A stretch of 64,000 bases of DNA from an uncultured Bacilli bacterium (GTDB lineage Bacteria > Bacillota_I > Bacilli_A > RF39 > UBA660), in contig CAKOMR010000007.1 of assembly GCA_934096705.1 (NCBI GenBank), positions 690 to 64,689 of the forward strand, in the 5' to 3' direction. Positions 38,112 through 48,205 of the stretch are shown here, piece by piece (position 1 is the first letter of the stretch; every line of letters begins with the position of its first letter). The notes below the pieces were generated by a model, which saw nothing but the letters and a program-made list of their open reading frames with translations, made no database searches and was not told the origin of the DNA. A program made the position numbers and the translations under genes.

Positions 38112-38512
38112 TTTTCAGCCTTTCTCATTATTTGCATTAATGTATTATCCATTTTAACAGGACTAATATAAATTTCTTTTCCATTTTTAAGTTTCAAAGC
38201 TATTCTTTTGTAAGAAGTTGAATAAAATGGATTTATATTGCTTACTATAAAGCATTTTTTTATTTGTTTATATGGAATAACTTTTTTTATAAAACCTGCT
38301 CTAATTGTAATACTTTTTTCATTAATTCTATAAACTCTAAAATAAAAAAATATTATTAAACCAAGAACAATTATTAAAAAAATTAATCCCAAAATAACAT
38401 ATAAAGTGCTAACATGTAAAGATAGTATTATAGAAATAAAAGCTAAACAAACAGTAAAATAAATTCCAAAAAAAACATAATAAAAATTGTCATAATAATT
38501 TTTTATTTTCAT
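38108..38512 (-). CDS. Small membrane protein with a bacterial PH-like domain
   Basis: Two N-terminal TM segments, then KSITIRAGFIKKVIPYKQIKK..., typical of bPH_2-type domains. Confidence 0.45.
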   Translation of the reverse strand: MKIKNYYDNFYYVFFGIYFTVCLAFISIILSLHVSTLYVILGLIFLIIVLGLIIFFYFRVYRINEKSITIRAGFIKKVIPYKQIKKCFIVSNINPFYSTSYKRIALKLKNGKEIYISPVKMDNTLMQIMRKAEK

Positions 38513-39198
38513 TTGTCATCCTTACATCTAATGTTTTCCACATAAAAGTTTCCTGAAAAAGTTTTTCCTTGAATACTTGCTTGTGATTCTGCTAAAATAT
38601 AAAATTTTAAATTAATATTCCAAGATTGAGTTGTACCAGTACCATTTAAATCTTTTATTATTGCATCTTTAACAACAATTTTTTTATAGCCAACATTTTC
38701 AGTTTTTGCGCTCCATGATGAATCATATGCAAAGTTTTTTTCAGTACTGTAATTATTAATGCCAACATTTGTTCCCTTAATTGTTAAAGTTAATTCTTTG
38801 GAACTAGGATTTGTTACTGGAGTTTCAGCATCTCCATAAATCTTGCTATCAACATCATACTCAAATACAATATCATAAGTACAACTATAAGTACTTGAAG
38901 CAGTACCTAAAGTCAAAGTTACATTTAAATTACTGTTACTGTCAGCTACAACATCACCTGCTGAGGCATTTATCATATTTGCAAGCGTAGCATGTAAATC
39001 AAGTGGTGCCGTCGTAGAAACAAACGAAGAAGAAATTCCTGAACCTGTATTTACATTTACAGATGCTTTATTATTTACTCTAGTACTAAACGAACCAAAA
39101 TATGCAAAAGAAGCACCCGCTACAATCGCAAGTAAAAAAATAATTGCAAAAATACTTGTTATATTTACCTTTTTAGTAATTTCATTATTTTCATTCAT
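38509..39198 (-). CDS. YAYF-family protein, close paralogue of 13807..14493
   Basis: ITSIFAIIFLLAIVAGASFAYFGSFSTRVNNKASVNVNTG... Shared blocks are CTYDIVFEYD..IYGDAETPVT and FSGNFYVENIRC, against CTYDIYYQYD..VYGAAATPVT and FAGKFYVKENTVVC in the paralogue. Confidence 0.6.
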   Translation of the reverse strand: MNENNEITKKVNITSIFAIIFLLAIVAGASFAYFGSFSTRVNNKASVNVNTGSGISSSFVSTTAPLDLHATLANMINASAGDVVADSNSNLNVTLTLGTASSTYSCTYDIVFEYDVDSKIYGDAETPVTNPSSKELTLTIKGTNVGINNYSTEKNFAYDSSWSAKTENVGYKKIVVKDAIIKDLNGTGTTQSWNINLKFYILAESQASIQGKTFSGNFYVENIRCKDDK

Positions 39199-39243
39199 AA
39201 TAAATCTATCCTTACAACTAATATAATACTATATTTTAAGATT

Positions 39244-39280
39244 AAAAAAAAGAATAAATAATAAAATTTATTCTTTTTTT
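39244..39280. terminator. Rho-independent terminator (A-run / hairpin / T-run)
   Basis: AGAATAAA-taataaaa-TTTATTCT flanked by A7 and T6. Confidence 0.55.
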
Positions 39281-39295
39281 GTAAAATACCTTCTA

Positions 39296-40771
39296 TTAAT
39301 AATAAACTATAGTAGCTAAAATTAATAGTGCAACTAGCATTAATAATGCAAACATCCAAACATATTTAAACCAAGATTTATAATCAATTTTTAAATATGA
39401 TAATCCAACCATTAAAAGACCACTTGTAGGTACGAAAATTTGAACAATTCCGTAAGTAGTAACATATAATGTGTGAATAAGTGATAAACTTTCAGAATAT
39501 CCTGTGCTCACAAATTTTCCTACTAAATAACCTGTGTATCCTAAATCAGCATGGAATATTGATGTTACAAATGCAGTTAAAGTAGCAATGTATGGATTAA
39601 ATGTTTTAGTTAAACCATAAGACCAATTTGTAATAGTTGGAATAAATGGTGCCATATATGCAGTAACAAATACAGTATAAACTAATACATATAAACATAC
39701 AGGTTTAAGCATTTTCTTAGCTCCAGAACCAAAGTTTACTAAGTAATCATTAAATGATACTCTGTCCATAGCAGCAGCAATAACTGACATAATAAATACT
39801 ATAACAGTTATAGTTGTTATTTCAAATGAACCAAATGCAGTAGCGGATGTTCCTAATAAATATTTAAATAATGTAAAGTCCTTACCAATAGTTAAACCAG
39901 TTAACCAAGTATGGAAGTCACTAAAAATAGTTATTTTGAAATAATTTTCCCAGTCGACAAAACCAAGTACTATAAATATAGCAAGAACTGCGAAAATTAC
40001 TACTACTGGCCAAGTTGAAACTTTTCCTTTAACTTCTTCAACAGCAAATGGATCACTTTCAAGTTCTTCTTCAGTATTTACTTTCTTCTTATTTTTTCTT
40101 GTAAGACGTAATACTAATAAAGCTTCATAACCAAGAAGTGCAATAACAGCTATGATAATACGATATTTTAATCCAATATCAATTCCCGTTCCAACATAAT
40201 TGTTGAAAAAACTTAAACTGTCAGTACCATAAGTACATCCTAAAGCACCTGCAATAATTGAACCAAATGTAACAATAAATGCAGTTAATTTATCAAATTT
40301 TGCATTTAATAAAATTGAAATTACAAAAGGAACAAATACTAATAAAGCAAATGTATTCTTTAAAAGTGATGCTAAAATTGCAAATAAGCATGAAATAATT
40401 ATACTAAATAAAAGTTCTTTTCCTTTTATTTTTTTAGCAACTTTTTTAACTGTTGCCTCATAAATCTTTGTTTTAGATAAAACGCCATAAAATCCACCTA
40501 ATACAAATAAGTAAATTATTGTTGTTAATCCAAAATATGCACCATAGTAAACTATAGATGTAAGATCTCCAAGGCCTAGACGGTTCATTCCGTATTCTGT
40601 ATATGTTGTTCCGCTAAAATAACCATAAGGGATTACCCAAGTAAAACAAAATGCAACAAAGAAAATGATAAGTAACCATCTAAATAAATCGCTATGTTTG
40701 CTTTTACATGTTAATACTGCAAAAAATGCCGCAAGAGCAAGTACTATAACAATGCCAATAACAATTCCCAT
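39296..40771 (-). CDS. YfcC/DcuC-like anion or amino-acid transporter family membrane protein
   Basis: 491 aa and polytopic. The N-terminal FTWVIPYGYFSG resembles the YfcC signature TWIIPAGxY. Confidence 0.5.
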   Translation of the reverse strand: MGIVIGIVIVLALAAFFAVLTCKSKHSDLFRWLLIIFFVAFCFTWVIPYGYFSGTTYTEYGMNRLGLGDLTSIVYYGAYFGLTTIIYLFVLGGFYGVLSKTKIYEATVKKVAKKIKGKELLFSIIISCLFAILASLLKNTFALLVFVPFVISILLNAKFDKLTAFIVTFGSIIAGALGCTYGTDSLSFFNNYVGTGIDIGLKYRIIIAVIALLGYEALLVLRLTRKNKKKVNTEEELESDPFAVEEVKGKVSTWPVVVIFAVLAIFIVLGFVDWENYFKITIFSDFHTWLTGLTIGKDFTLFKYLLGTSATAFGSFEITTITVIVFIMSVIAAAMDRVSFNDYLVNFGSGAKKMLKPVCLYVLVYTVFVTAYMAPFIPTITNWSYGLTKTFNPYIATLTAFVTSIFHADLGYTGYLVGKFVSTGYSESLSLIHTLYVTTYGIVQIFVPTSGLLMVGLSYLKIDYKSWFKYVWMFALLMLVALLILATIVYY

Positions 40772-40808
40772 ATTCTACCTCCTTAACAAAATTATACTAC
40801 GTATAAAA

Positions 40809-40841
40809 TAAAAAAAAAAGCAAATTACACTTTTTTTGCTT
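40809..40841 (-). terminator. Rho-independent terminator after lysS
   Basis: Minus-strand AAGCAAA-aaaagtgtaa-UUUGCUU followed by U9. Confidence 0.6.
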
Positions 40842-42328
40842 TATTTCTTAATATTTTTCATAGTTGGGAATAAAATTACATCCCTAATTGAGTCTTGCTC
40901 TGTAAATAACATTACAAGCCTATCAATGCCATAACCTATTCCACCTGCTGGAGGCATTCCATATTCAAGCGCTTCAATAAAGTCCATATCAATATCATTT
41001 GCTTCGTCATTACCAAGATCTCTTTCTTTAAGTTGACTTTCAAACCTATCAAGTTGAGTAATTGGATCATTAAGTTCAGTATATGCATTAGCAAACTCTT
41101 TGCCTCCTATAAATAATTCAAATCTTTCTACAAATCTTGGATCACTAGGATTTGCTTTTGTAAGTGGGCTAATTTCTACTGGATGGCCATATAAGAATGT
41201 TGGCTGAATCAATGTTTCTTCAACATACTTTTCAAAAAATAAATTTATAATGTGTCCTACAGTATGTTCATGTTCTTGAACTTCAATTTGATGCTCACTT
41301 GCAAGTTTTAAAGCATCATCGACACTCATTTCTTTAGAAAAATCAATACCAGTTATTTCTTTAATCGCATCAACCATACTAATTCTTTTCCAAGGTCCAG
41401 TTAGATTAATATCATAACCGCACCAATTATATTCCATTTTACCTATTACTTTAGTAGCAATTTCTTGATACATTTTTTCAGTCATATCCATCATGCCTTC
41501 AAGATCAGAATATGCAAGATATGCTTCCATTAAAGTAAATTCAGGATTATGTTTAGGATCCATACCTTCATTTCTAAAAGTTCTGCCTATTTCATAAACT
41601 GCTTCCATTCCACCCACTAATAATCTTTTTAAAGGTAACTCTAAAGCGATTCTTAAATACATATCAATATCTTGAGTATTATGATGAGTTATAAATGGTC
41701 TTGCACTTGCTCCTGTAAGAAGTGTTTGAAGTACTGGAGTTTCAACCTCAATAAATCCTCTATTATCCATAAAATTTTGGATACAGCGAATGATTCTTGG
41801 CCTAGTATAAGCAACTTTTCTAGTATCATCATTCATTATTAAATCAACATATCTACGACGATATCTTTCTTCAATATCAGTAAGTCCATGAAACTTTTCA
41901 GGAAGTGGTCTTAAAGCCTTAACCAAATGTGTATATTCAAGGCATTTAATTGTAACTTCACCAGTTCCTGTTTTCATAACTTTACCTCTTACGCCTACTA
42001 TATCACCAATATCAGCACTTTTAAATAAGTTATAAACATCTTCACCTACATCATTTATTGATATATATATTTGAATATTACCAGTTTTATCTTTTATAGA
42101 GAAAAATGAAGCTTTACCCATTTTTCTTATAAACATAATTCTACCAGCTACAGTTTCAATATCATTACGATTTTCAAATTCGTCATGAGAAATATCTGCA
42201 TATTTTTCTTTTATTTCTTTTGCAAATCCACTTCTTTCAAATCTTTGACCAAATGGATCTATTCCAAGTTCATTAAGTTTTGCAAGTTTGTCTCTTCTTA
42301 CTTGTTCTTGTTCTGTAAATTCTCTCAT
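40841..42328 (-). CDS. lysS: Lysine--tRNA ligase (class II)
   Basis: An OB anticodon-binding domain and class II motifs (FRNEG; [13 protein letters not shown]). 495 aa. Confidence 0.97.
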   Translation of the reverse strand: MREFTEQEQVRRDKLAKLNELGIDPFGQRFERSGFAKEIKEKYADISHDEFENRNDIETVAGRIMFIRKMGKASFFSIKDKTGNIQIYISINDVGEDVYNLFKSADIGDIVGVRGKVMKTGTGEVTIKCLEYTHLVKALRPLPEKFHGLTDIEERYRRRYVDLIMNDDTRKVAYTRPRIIRCIQNFMDNRGFIEVETPVLQTLLTGASARPFITHHNTQDIDMYLRIALELPLKRLLVGGMEAVYEIGRTFRNEGMDPKHNPEFTLMEAYLAYSDLEGMMDMTEKMYQEIATKVIGKMEYNWCGYDINLTGPWKRISMVDAIKEITGIDFSKEMSVDDALKLASEHQIEVQEHEHTVGHIINLFFEKYVEETLIQPTFLYGHPVEISPLTKANPSDPRFVERFELFIGGKEFANAYTELNDPITQLDRFESQLKERDLGNDEANDIDMDFIEALEYGMPPAGGIGYGIDRLVMLFTEQDSIRDVILFPTMKNIKK

Positions 42329-42407
42329 AAAATCACCACTGGGTATATTTTAACACAAAAAAAAATTATTAGAAAGTCCTAATAATCTTTTTTAAACCTT
42401 TTAATTA

Positions 42408-42965
42408 TTATATTTTATAAAGTTTAGTTTTTTTCTTAGATACTGAATAAACACCAACTCCAAGAACTAAACCAACAGCAATAATAACTATTGGTAAGCT
42501 AGCACCAGTGTCAGGGTTAGTTGTACCTTGAGAACCACCATTTATTACAGCAATACTACAATCTTCTGTACTGTCTTTTGGAACTGTTACAGTAAGTGTT
42601 CCTACTTGGAAATCATTTCCTGTGTCTGAAGAACCATTTTTGTCAAATACACAAGTTATTGTTGTTTCACCATCTGAATTTTTTCCGTTATTTGTAGTAG
42701 TGGCAACAAATTCACCATAGTCTCCACATGTAGCTTCAGTAATAGCTTTGCCTAGTTTAAACTTTACAGTTTTTTTAGTAACTTTTTGATTTTCAGTGTT
42801 ATTTTCTAAAGTTACTCTGATTTTGTATGTTCTTTGTTGATCACCATTATCAAGTTGTTTAGTTGTGTAATCATCTGGAACACTAACTTTTTCAGTTACA
42901 GCATTAACAATTAATGGTAAACAAAACACACCTAAAACTAGTAAATAACTAAAAAACTTTTTCAT
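42408..42965 (-). CDS. Small surface protein with a signal peptide and an NPDTG-type C-terminal cell-wall sorting signal
   Basis: MKKFFSYLLVLGVFCLPLIVNA signal. The C-terminus TTNPDTGASLPIVIIAVGLVLGVGVYSVSKKKTK has the motif, a hydrophobic stretch and a basic tail. Confidence 0.75.
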   Translation of the reverse strand: MKKFFSYLLVLGVFCLPLIVNAVTEKVSVPDDYTTKQLDNGDQQRTYKIRVTLENNTENQKVTKKTVKFKLGKAITEATCGDYGEFVATTTNNGKNSDGETTITCVFDKNGSSDTGNDFQVGTLTVTVPKDSTEDCSIAVINGGSQGTTNPDTGASLPIVIIAVGLVLGVGVYSVSKKKTKLYKI

Positions 42966-43093
42966 CCATCAACTCTCCTATCTTTATTATGACCTAATTA
43001 TATCATAAAATTCAAAAAAACAATATATTTTTAAAAAATTTATATTAAAAAATGTCAACTTGTGTTATCATATTAAATATAAGGTGGATAAAA

Positions 43094-44647
43094 GTGAAGA
43101 TACTAATAAAGATTAAAAACGATAGATTATGTTTTATTAACAAAAAAAAACTTAATATAGAATATAAAAATATGCTTAATACTAATGTAATTAGTAACAA
43201 CGAACTTGTATTTAGTGATGAGTATATTTTGTTAAATCAAAAAATAGTTTGTACATTTTTAAATGAACTTATAAAAACTTATTCTATAACTACTTTATCT
43301 TTTCAAAATATTGAAGTTTTAAATATTATTCTTCCACTTATAAACAAATTCAAAAATATTAATTCTATTTATGTAGAATCTGAGGAAGTAATAAGTTATA
43401 AGCTTTGTGAAAAATTAAGAAAATTAAATGGTTTAAAATTTATAAGTTTTGAATACATTCCAGTATATATGTTTGAACTACTTGATAAGTATGGTATTAT
43501 TCCAGAATCAAGAAGTGAAATATTATTTACATCAAACTTTATGCAAACTAATAATCTAAAAACATATTCTCAATTATTTTATAAAAATAATATATATTTA
43601 CAGTTTCCATTATCAACTGAAGATATTCAAGATTTTAATGCATTTTGTGATATTAATAGACATCTTAAAGTAATTCATATAAATAAAATTAATAAAGTAA
43701 ATTTAGAACAAATAATCTATATTTTAAAAGAAAATAATCAAAAAAATATTAAAATAATTTTACATGGTGATGAACATGATGAAAATGTCATTGAATATTT
43801 AAGAAAAAACAATAAAATAATTAAGAAAAAATATAAAATTTCATTTAAATTAAAATATTCAGACAAATATATTGAAGACAACATTGTTAAAGAAACTAAC
43901 AATGGAATATTAAGAATGTGTGGTCTTTTAATACTACTTATTGTTGCATTTTCTTTTATCTATGTTTTTTATGATAACTATACTTCAATGATGAAAGTAA
44001 GTAAAATTCAAAAAGAAGTTACTAAATATATTGAAGAAAAAGAAGTCAAAGAAGAAATTAAAACCGTAAAAACATTAAATGGTATAGAAATTAAGAATAA
44101 TTATATTTACTCTCTTACAGAGATTAATCCTGATGTTGTTGGTTGGTTAAAAGTAAATAATACAAATATAGATTATGCTATTACACAAACTCTTGATAAT
44201 GATTATTATTTAAATTATAACTTATATAAGAAAAAAGATAATAATGGTTGGCTATTTATGGACTATGAAAATAATATTACTCACACTGATGATAACATAA
44301 TAATTTATGGTCACAATAGATATTTAAATGGTGTAATGTTTGGCACACTTAATAAAACCCTTTATAAAGATTGGTATACAAATAAAGAAAATCAAATCAT
44401 AAGACTCGACACTTTATATAATTCTTATAAATATCAAGTATTTTCTATTTATATAGTACCTACTACAAATGATTACTTAACAGTTAATTTTGATGATGCT
44501 AAGTCAAAGATGGAATTTTTAGATAAAATAAAAAATCGTAGTATTTACGATTTTAATATCACACTTGATGAAAATAGTAAAATACTTACACTTTCTACTT
44601 GTCAAAGTGAAACAACTAGACTTGTTCTTCATGCAGTACTTGTTTAA
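43094..44647 (+). CDS. Class-B-like sortase with a ~275-aa N-terminal cytoplasmic extension
   Basis: C-terminal domain: INPDVVGWLKVNNTNIDYAITQ, IIIYGHN, LTLSTCQ (catalytic Cys) and TRLVLHA (Arg). A single TM LLILLIVAFSFIYVFY is preceded by a K-rich segment. The GTG start at 43094 is preceded by AAGGTGG; the track's ATG at 43052 is in frame upstream. Confidence 0.8.
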   Translation: MKILIKIKNDRLCFINKKKLNIEYKNMLNTNVISNNELVFSDEYILLNQKIVCTFLNELIKTYSITTLSFQNIEVLNIILPLINKFKNINSIYVESEEVISYKLCEKLRKLNGLKFISFEYIPVYMFELLDKYGIIPESRSEILFTSNFMQTNNLKTYSQLFYKNNIYLQFPLSTEDIQDFNAFCDINRHLKVIHINKINKVNLEQIIYILKENNQKNIKIILHGDEHDENVIEYLRKNNKIIKKKYKISFKLKYSDKYIEDNIVKETNNGILRMCGLLILLIVAFSFIYVFYDNYTSMMKVSKIQKEVTKYIEEKEVKEEIKTVKTLNGIEIKNNYIYSLTEINPDVVGWLKVNNTNIDYAITQTLDNDYYLNYNLYKKKDNNGWLFMDYENNITHTDDNIIIYGHNRYLNGVMFGTLNKTLYKDWYTNKENQIIRLDTLYNSYKYQVFSIYIVPTTNDYLTVNFDDAKSKMEFLDKIKNRSIYDFNITLDENSKILTLSTCQSETTRLVLHAVLV

Positions 44648-45704
44648 TAATTTTATTGTTATTTAATATTCTTTCATTACTTGATAAAGATATTGCTATA
44701 TTACTATATTTTAAAGCAATATCTTTTTTATTTAAATAAAAAAGTATTACCGCATATAAATCATATATTTCTCCATTCCAAGCAAATGGTTCATTTATAT
44801 AACTTTTACTTCTTTCTTTAATTAAGAAGGCTTTATTAAGAAGATCAAGAGCTATTTCATATTTTTTATCATTATAATATAGACTTGCAAGTTCCACATA
44901 AGGCTCTCTTAAATATGGAGATTCATTGATTGCCTTATTAAACCAAAATATAGCCTCATCTTTATAACCAACTTTCTGATAACATCTTGCCATAAATCTC
45001 ATTGATGCACTTCTTTCATCTTTCCAAACACTATTTTTACAATTTAGATGTCTATGAAACATTTTAATTGCTTTCATATTTTGATTATGATACATATATT
45101 CTCTTGCTAAATAATGAAGATTTCTATCATCATCTGGAGACTCCTTAACACTTAATTTTAAAAGTGGCAAATAATTACTTCTGGATTTTGATTTATCTTG
45201 ATAATGATTTAAAGTTATACCATCAATTAATAAAATCTTTTCTTCTTTCAATGGATGCAAAACTTCATGAACTGGATGAGTCCAAACATAATCTTTTGTA
45301 TGAATCTTATCTAAATAAAATGTTGTTGCAGGTTTGCCTTTCTCATCAAACGACCAATTATATAAATATTTAACTCTTGTATAAGATTTATCATAGTATT
45401 TTTCTAATTTTTTTCGCCATCCTTTATTAAAACGTTCATCTAAGTCAGTACACACATATAAATCATATTTTTTCTTAATCATTTTAAAAGACTCATTTCG
45501 TGCATTATCAAATCTAAATGGAATAATTTTTTTACTTTTTACATAAATATTTAAAGATTTTAATATTTTCACACTATTATCACTGCTTCCAGTATCAAGA
45601 ACATAAATAGCATCAGCTTCTTTCATACTCTTATACCATTTTATAATATTTTTTTCTTCATTTTTACAAATTGCATAAACACAAATTTTTATATTAATCA
45701 CCAA
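44616..45704 (-). CDS. Family-2 glycosyltransferase fused to TPR repeats
   Basis: N-terminal ICVYAICKNEEKNI...YVLDTGSSD...CTDLDE (GT-A DxD), then TPR-like repeats (ARCYQKVGYKDEAIFWFNKAI...). Confidence 0.7.
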   Translation of the reverse strand: MVINIKICVYAICKNEEKNIIKWYKSMKEADAIYVLDTGSSDNSVKILKSLNIYVKSKKIIPFRFDNARNESFKMIKKKYDLYVCTDLDERFNKGWRKKLEKYYDKSYTRVKYLYNWSFDEKGKPATTFYLDKIHTKDYVWTHPVHEVLHPLKEEKILLIDGITLNHYQDKSKSRSNYLPLLKLSVKESPDDDRNLHYLAREYMYHNQNMKAIKMFHRHLNCKNSVWKDERSASMRFMARCYQKVGYKDEAIFWFNKAINESPYLREPYVELASLYYNDKKYEIALDLLNKAFLIKERSKSYINEPFAWNGEIYDLYAVILFYLNKKDIALKYSNIAISLSSNERILNNNKIIKQVLHEEQV

Positions 45705-45789
45705 TATATTTTATGAAATAAAAGAACTTTAAGAGATAATAAAAGTCTATATTTATTAATTAAAAAAGTAGCATTTAATATGCTACCTT

Positions 45790-46836
45790 TTAATCAAATG
45801 TACAATCAAATTTTAGTTTGTTTCTATAATAGTTACTTATCTCATTATATGATGTAGGAAACGAACTTCCGTATTCTTGATCTAAAATATCGCTTTGAAG
45901 CATTTTAACTAAAGTTATAGTTCTTTTAGAATAATCTATTAAAGCATAACCCTTATCATCATCAATAGAAAGAATTCCATTATCTATTTTGCTTATCATA
46001 TCATTTAATTCAGTATCACTATTATATGTATATATATTCATTCTGACAGATTTATTTATATTTTCTTTGTTTGAATCGAACAAAGTTTTATCAACGACTT
46101 TTCCATCAGGACTTTGACAACTAAATTTAATTTTTGGTTCACTATCAATTACATAAATAAATGATGTATATGTTTTTTCAACATTATTTGCATCAGTTAC
46201 TTTTATATTTATACTTTGAATACCTAAATCATTAATAATAGACTTAGCCTCTTCTTTATCAGCAAAAGCATAAGTATATTTTTCATCAGATGAAATAAGT
46301 CTTTCCGGATTTATTTCACTACCTTTAGTTAAATAAACAAATTCATTTTTGATTTTAAATTCATTTTGCGAAGATGTATTGTCACCGTTTTCGCCTTCTA
46401 CTACTATTACTTTTGCAGTATATTTTGAAGTACTACAAACAACATAATATGGATAGGTTCCAGCTTTCGAAGTATCAACTTCGTTTGTATTTAACTTGCA
46501 ATTTGTAATATCCAAATTAGAAAAGTTTCCATATTCGTTTAAACTTGAAGATAATTTATCACCAACTTTTATTGTTATATCATTTAATAAAAATGTTGGA
46601 GTTGAATTTTGATTATTTTTATTTTTTGCAAGATTCAAGTAATAATAAACTCCAAATGCTACGCCACCCATCAACATTAATATAAGTAAAATAAATAATA
46701 CTTGTTTTATTAAACTGGGTTTCTCTTTTTGTGGTTTATTATTGTTTGGCTTTTCTTCATTCTTTTTTTCAGGTAGAACGTCAAGTGAATCAATAACCTC
46801 TACTAAAGTTGGATCTGTACCAATTTCATTTCTCAC
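45790..46836 (-). CDS. Hypothetical type II membrane protein with a large extracytoplasmic domain
   Basis: A cytoplasmic K/P/E-rich N-terminus, TM VLFILLILMLMGGVAFGVYYYL, then a beta-rich ectodomain. A terminator hairpin GTAGCAT/ATGCTAC lies at its 3' end. Confidence 0.45.
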   Translation of the reverse strand: MRNEIGTDPTLVEVIDSLDVLPEKKNEEKPNNNKPQKEKPSLIKQVLFILLILMLMGGVAFGVYYYLNLAKNKNNQNSTPTFLLNDITIKVGDKLSSSLNEYGNFSNLDITNCKLNTNEVDTSKAGTYPYYVVCSTSKYTAKVIVVEGENGDNTSSQNEFKIKNEFVYLTKGSEINPERLISSDEKYTYAFADKEEAKSIINDLGIQSINIKVTDANNVEKTYTSFIYVIDSEPKIKFSCQSPDGKVVDKTLFDSNKENINKSVRMNIYTYNSDTELNDMISKIDNGILSIDDDKGYALIDYSKRTITLVKMLQSDILDQEYGSSFPTSYNEISNYYRNKLKFDCTFD

Positions 46837-46872
46837 ACTATCACCCTTTACTCTATTTAAATTATATCTTTA

Positions 46873-48189
46873 TTACATATTTTTTGCAAGATTTTTAAAT
46901 TCATCCCCACGTAATTCAAATTTTGCATATTGATCCCAGCTTGCAGATGCAGGCGAAAGAAGTACCACTCCACTTTCTATACTGTCTTCTTTAACGCATT
47001 TCATAGCTTCTTTTAAAGAATAGCACTTTGTGCAAGGAATATTTACGCTTTGTGCATAATCATAAACTTCATCAGTAGTTTCTCCGATAGCATATATTTT
47101 TTTGACATTTTTTATTGCATTATCAAGTTCATGAAAATTTTGTTTTCTTTGCATACCACCCAATAAAAGGTATGTATTTTCATCAAAAGCATTGAGTGCT
47201 GTAATTGTACTTGTTGGATTTGTAGCTTTAGAATCATTATAGAATTTTAAATTTCCTTTTTGACAAACAAATTCAATTCTATGTTCAACGCCTTTAAATT
47301 CTTTAAAGAATTTTATAACAACATCTTTATCTATTTTAAATTCCTTTAAAACTAGTAATGCAGCCATAATATTTTCATAATTATGTTTTCCTTTAACTAA
47401 TATATCTTTAGTATCAATTATTTTTTCACCTTTAATAAAAATTGCATTATCTAGTAAATATGCATCTTTACCATTAAAATATTCTTTAGTACTATTAATA
47501 TCTTTTGTAAGAAGCATACTATCAGCATTTCCTGCATTAATTATTGCAAGATCATTTTTTGTATGATGGTTAAATATATTATGTTTTACCTTTTTATAAT
47601 TTTCATATGTTCCATGATAATCTAAATGTGTTTGACATAAATTTGTAAGAACACTTATATCAGTTTTAAAGTCATGAAAGTTTAATAACTGATGATCAGA
47701 TATTTCAAGTAATAGTACATCCCCATCCTTTATCAAAGGAATTACTTCACTTAAAGGGTATCCAATATTTCCACCTAAAACGACACTAATATTTTCTCTT
47801 TTTAATAATTCATATATCATTGTTGTTGTTGTCGTTTTACCATTTGAACCAGTAACTCCAATAATTTTTATATTTTTAGGAAGAAAATGATATGCTACTT
47901 CCATTTCATTATAAATTGGAATATTTAGTTTTTCAGCTTCAATTAATAGTTCATGAAATGGCATAATTCCAGGGTTTTTAATTACCATATCAAAACTATC
48001 ATCAAAAATTTCTAATGGATTCTCACTTTTTACAAATTTAACACCTAAACTTTCAAGCTCTTTAACTTTTTCTTCATCTTGGTCATTTTTATCTGTTATA
48101 AGGATTTCATTATTTTTACATAATAGTTTAGCTACATTATAGCCACTTTTAGCCATTCCCAATATAAATATTTTTTTATTTTTAAACAT
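46873..48189 (-). CDS. murD: UDP-N-acetylmuramoylalanine--D-glutamate ligase
   Basis: KIFILGMAKSGYNVAKLL and GVTGSNGKTTTTTM, with Mur ligase domain order. Confidence 0.93.
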   Translation of the reverse strand: MFKNKKIFILGMAKSGYNVAKLLCKNNEILITDKNDQDEEKVKELESLGVKFVKSENPLEIFDDSFDMVIKNPGIMPFHELLIEAEKLNIPIYNEMEVAYHFLPKNIKIIGVTGSNGKTTTTTMIYELLKRENISVVLGGNIGYPLSEVIPLIKDGDVLLLEISDHQLLNFHDFKTDISVLTNLCQTHLDYHGTYENYKKVKHNIFNHHTKNDLAIINAGNADSMLLTKDINSTKEYFNGKDAYLLDNAIFIKGEKIIDTKDILVKGKHNYENIMAALLVLKEFKIDKDVVIKFFKEFKGVEHRIEFVCQKGNLKFYNDSKATNPTSTITALNAFDENTYLLLGGMQRKQNFHELDNAIKNVKKIYAIGETTDEVYDYAQSVNIPCTKCYSLKEAMKCVKEDSIESGVVLLSPASASWDQYAKFELRGDEFKNLAKNM

Positions 48190-48205
48190 TTTTATACCTT
48201 CTTTT

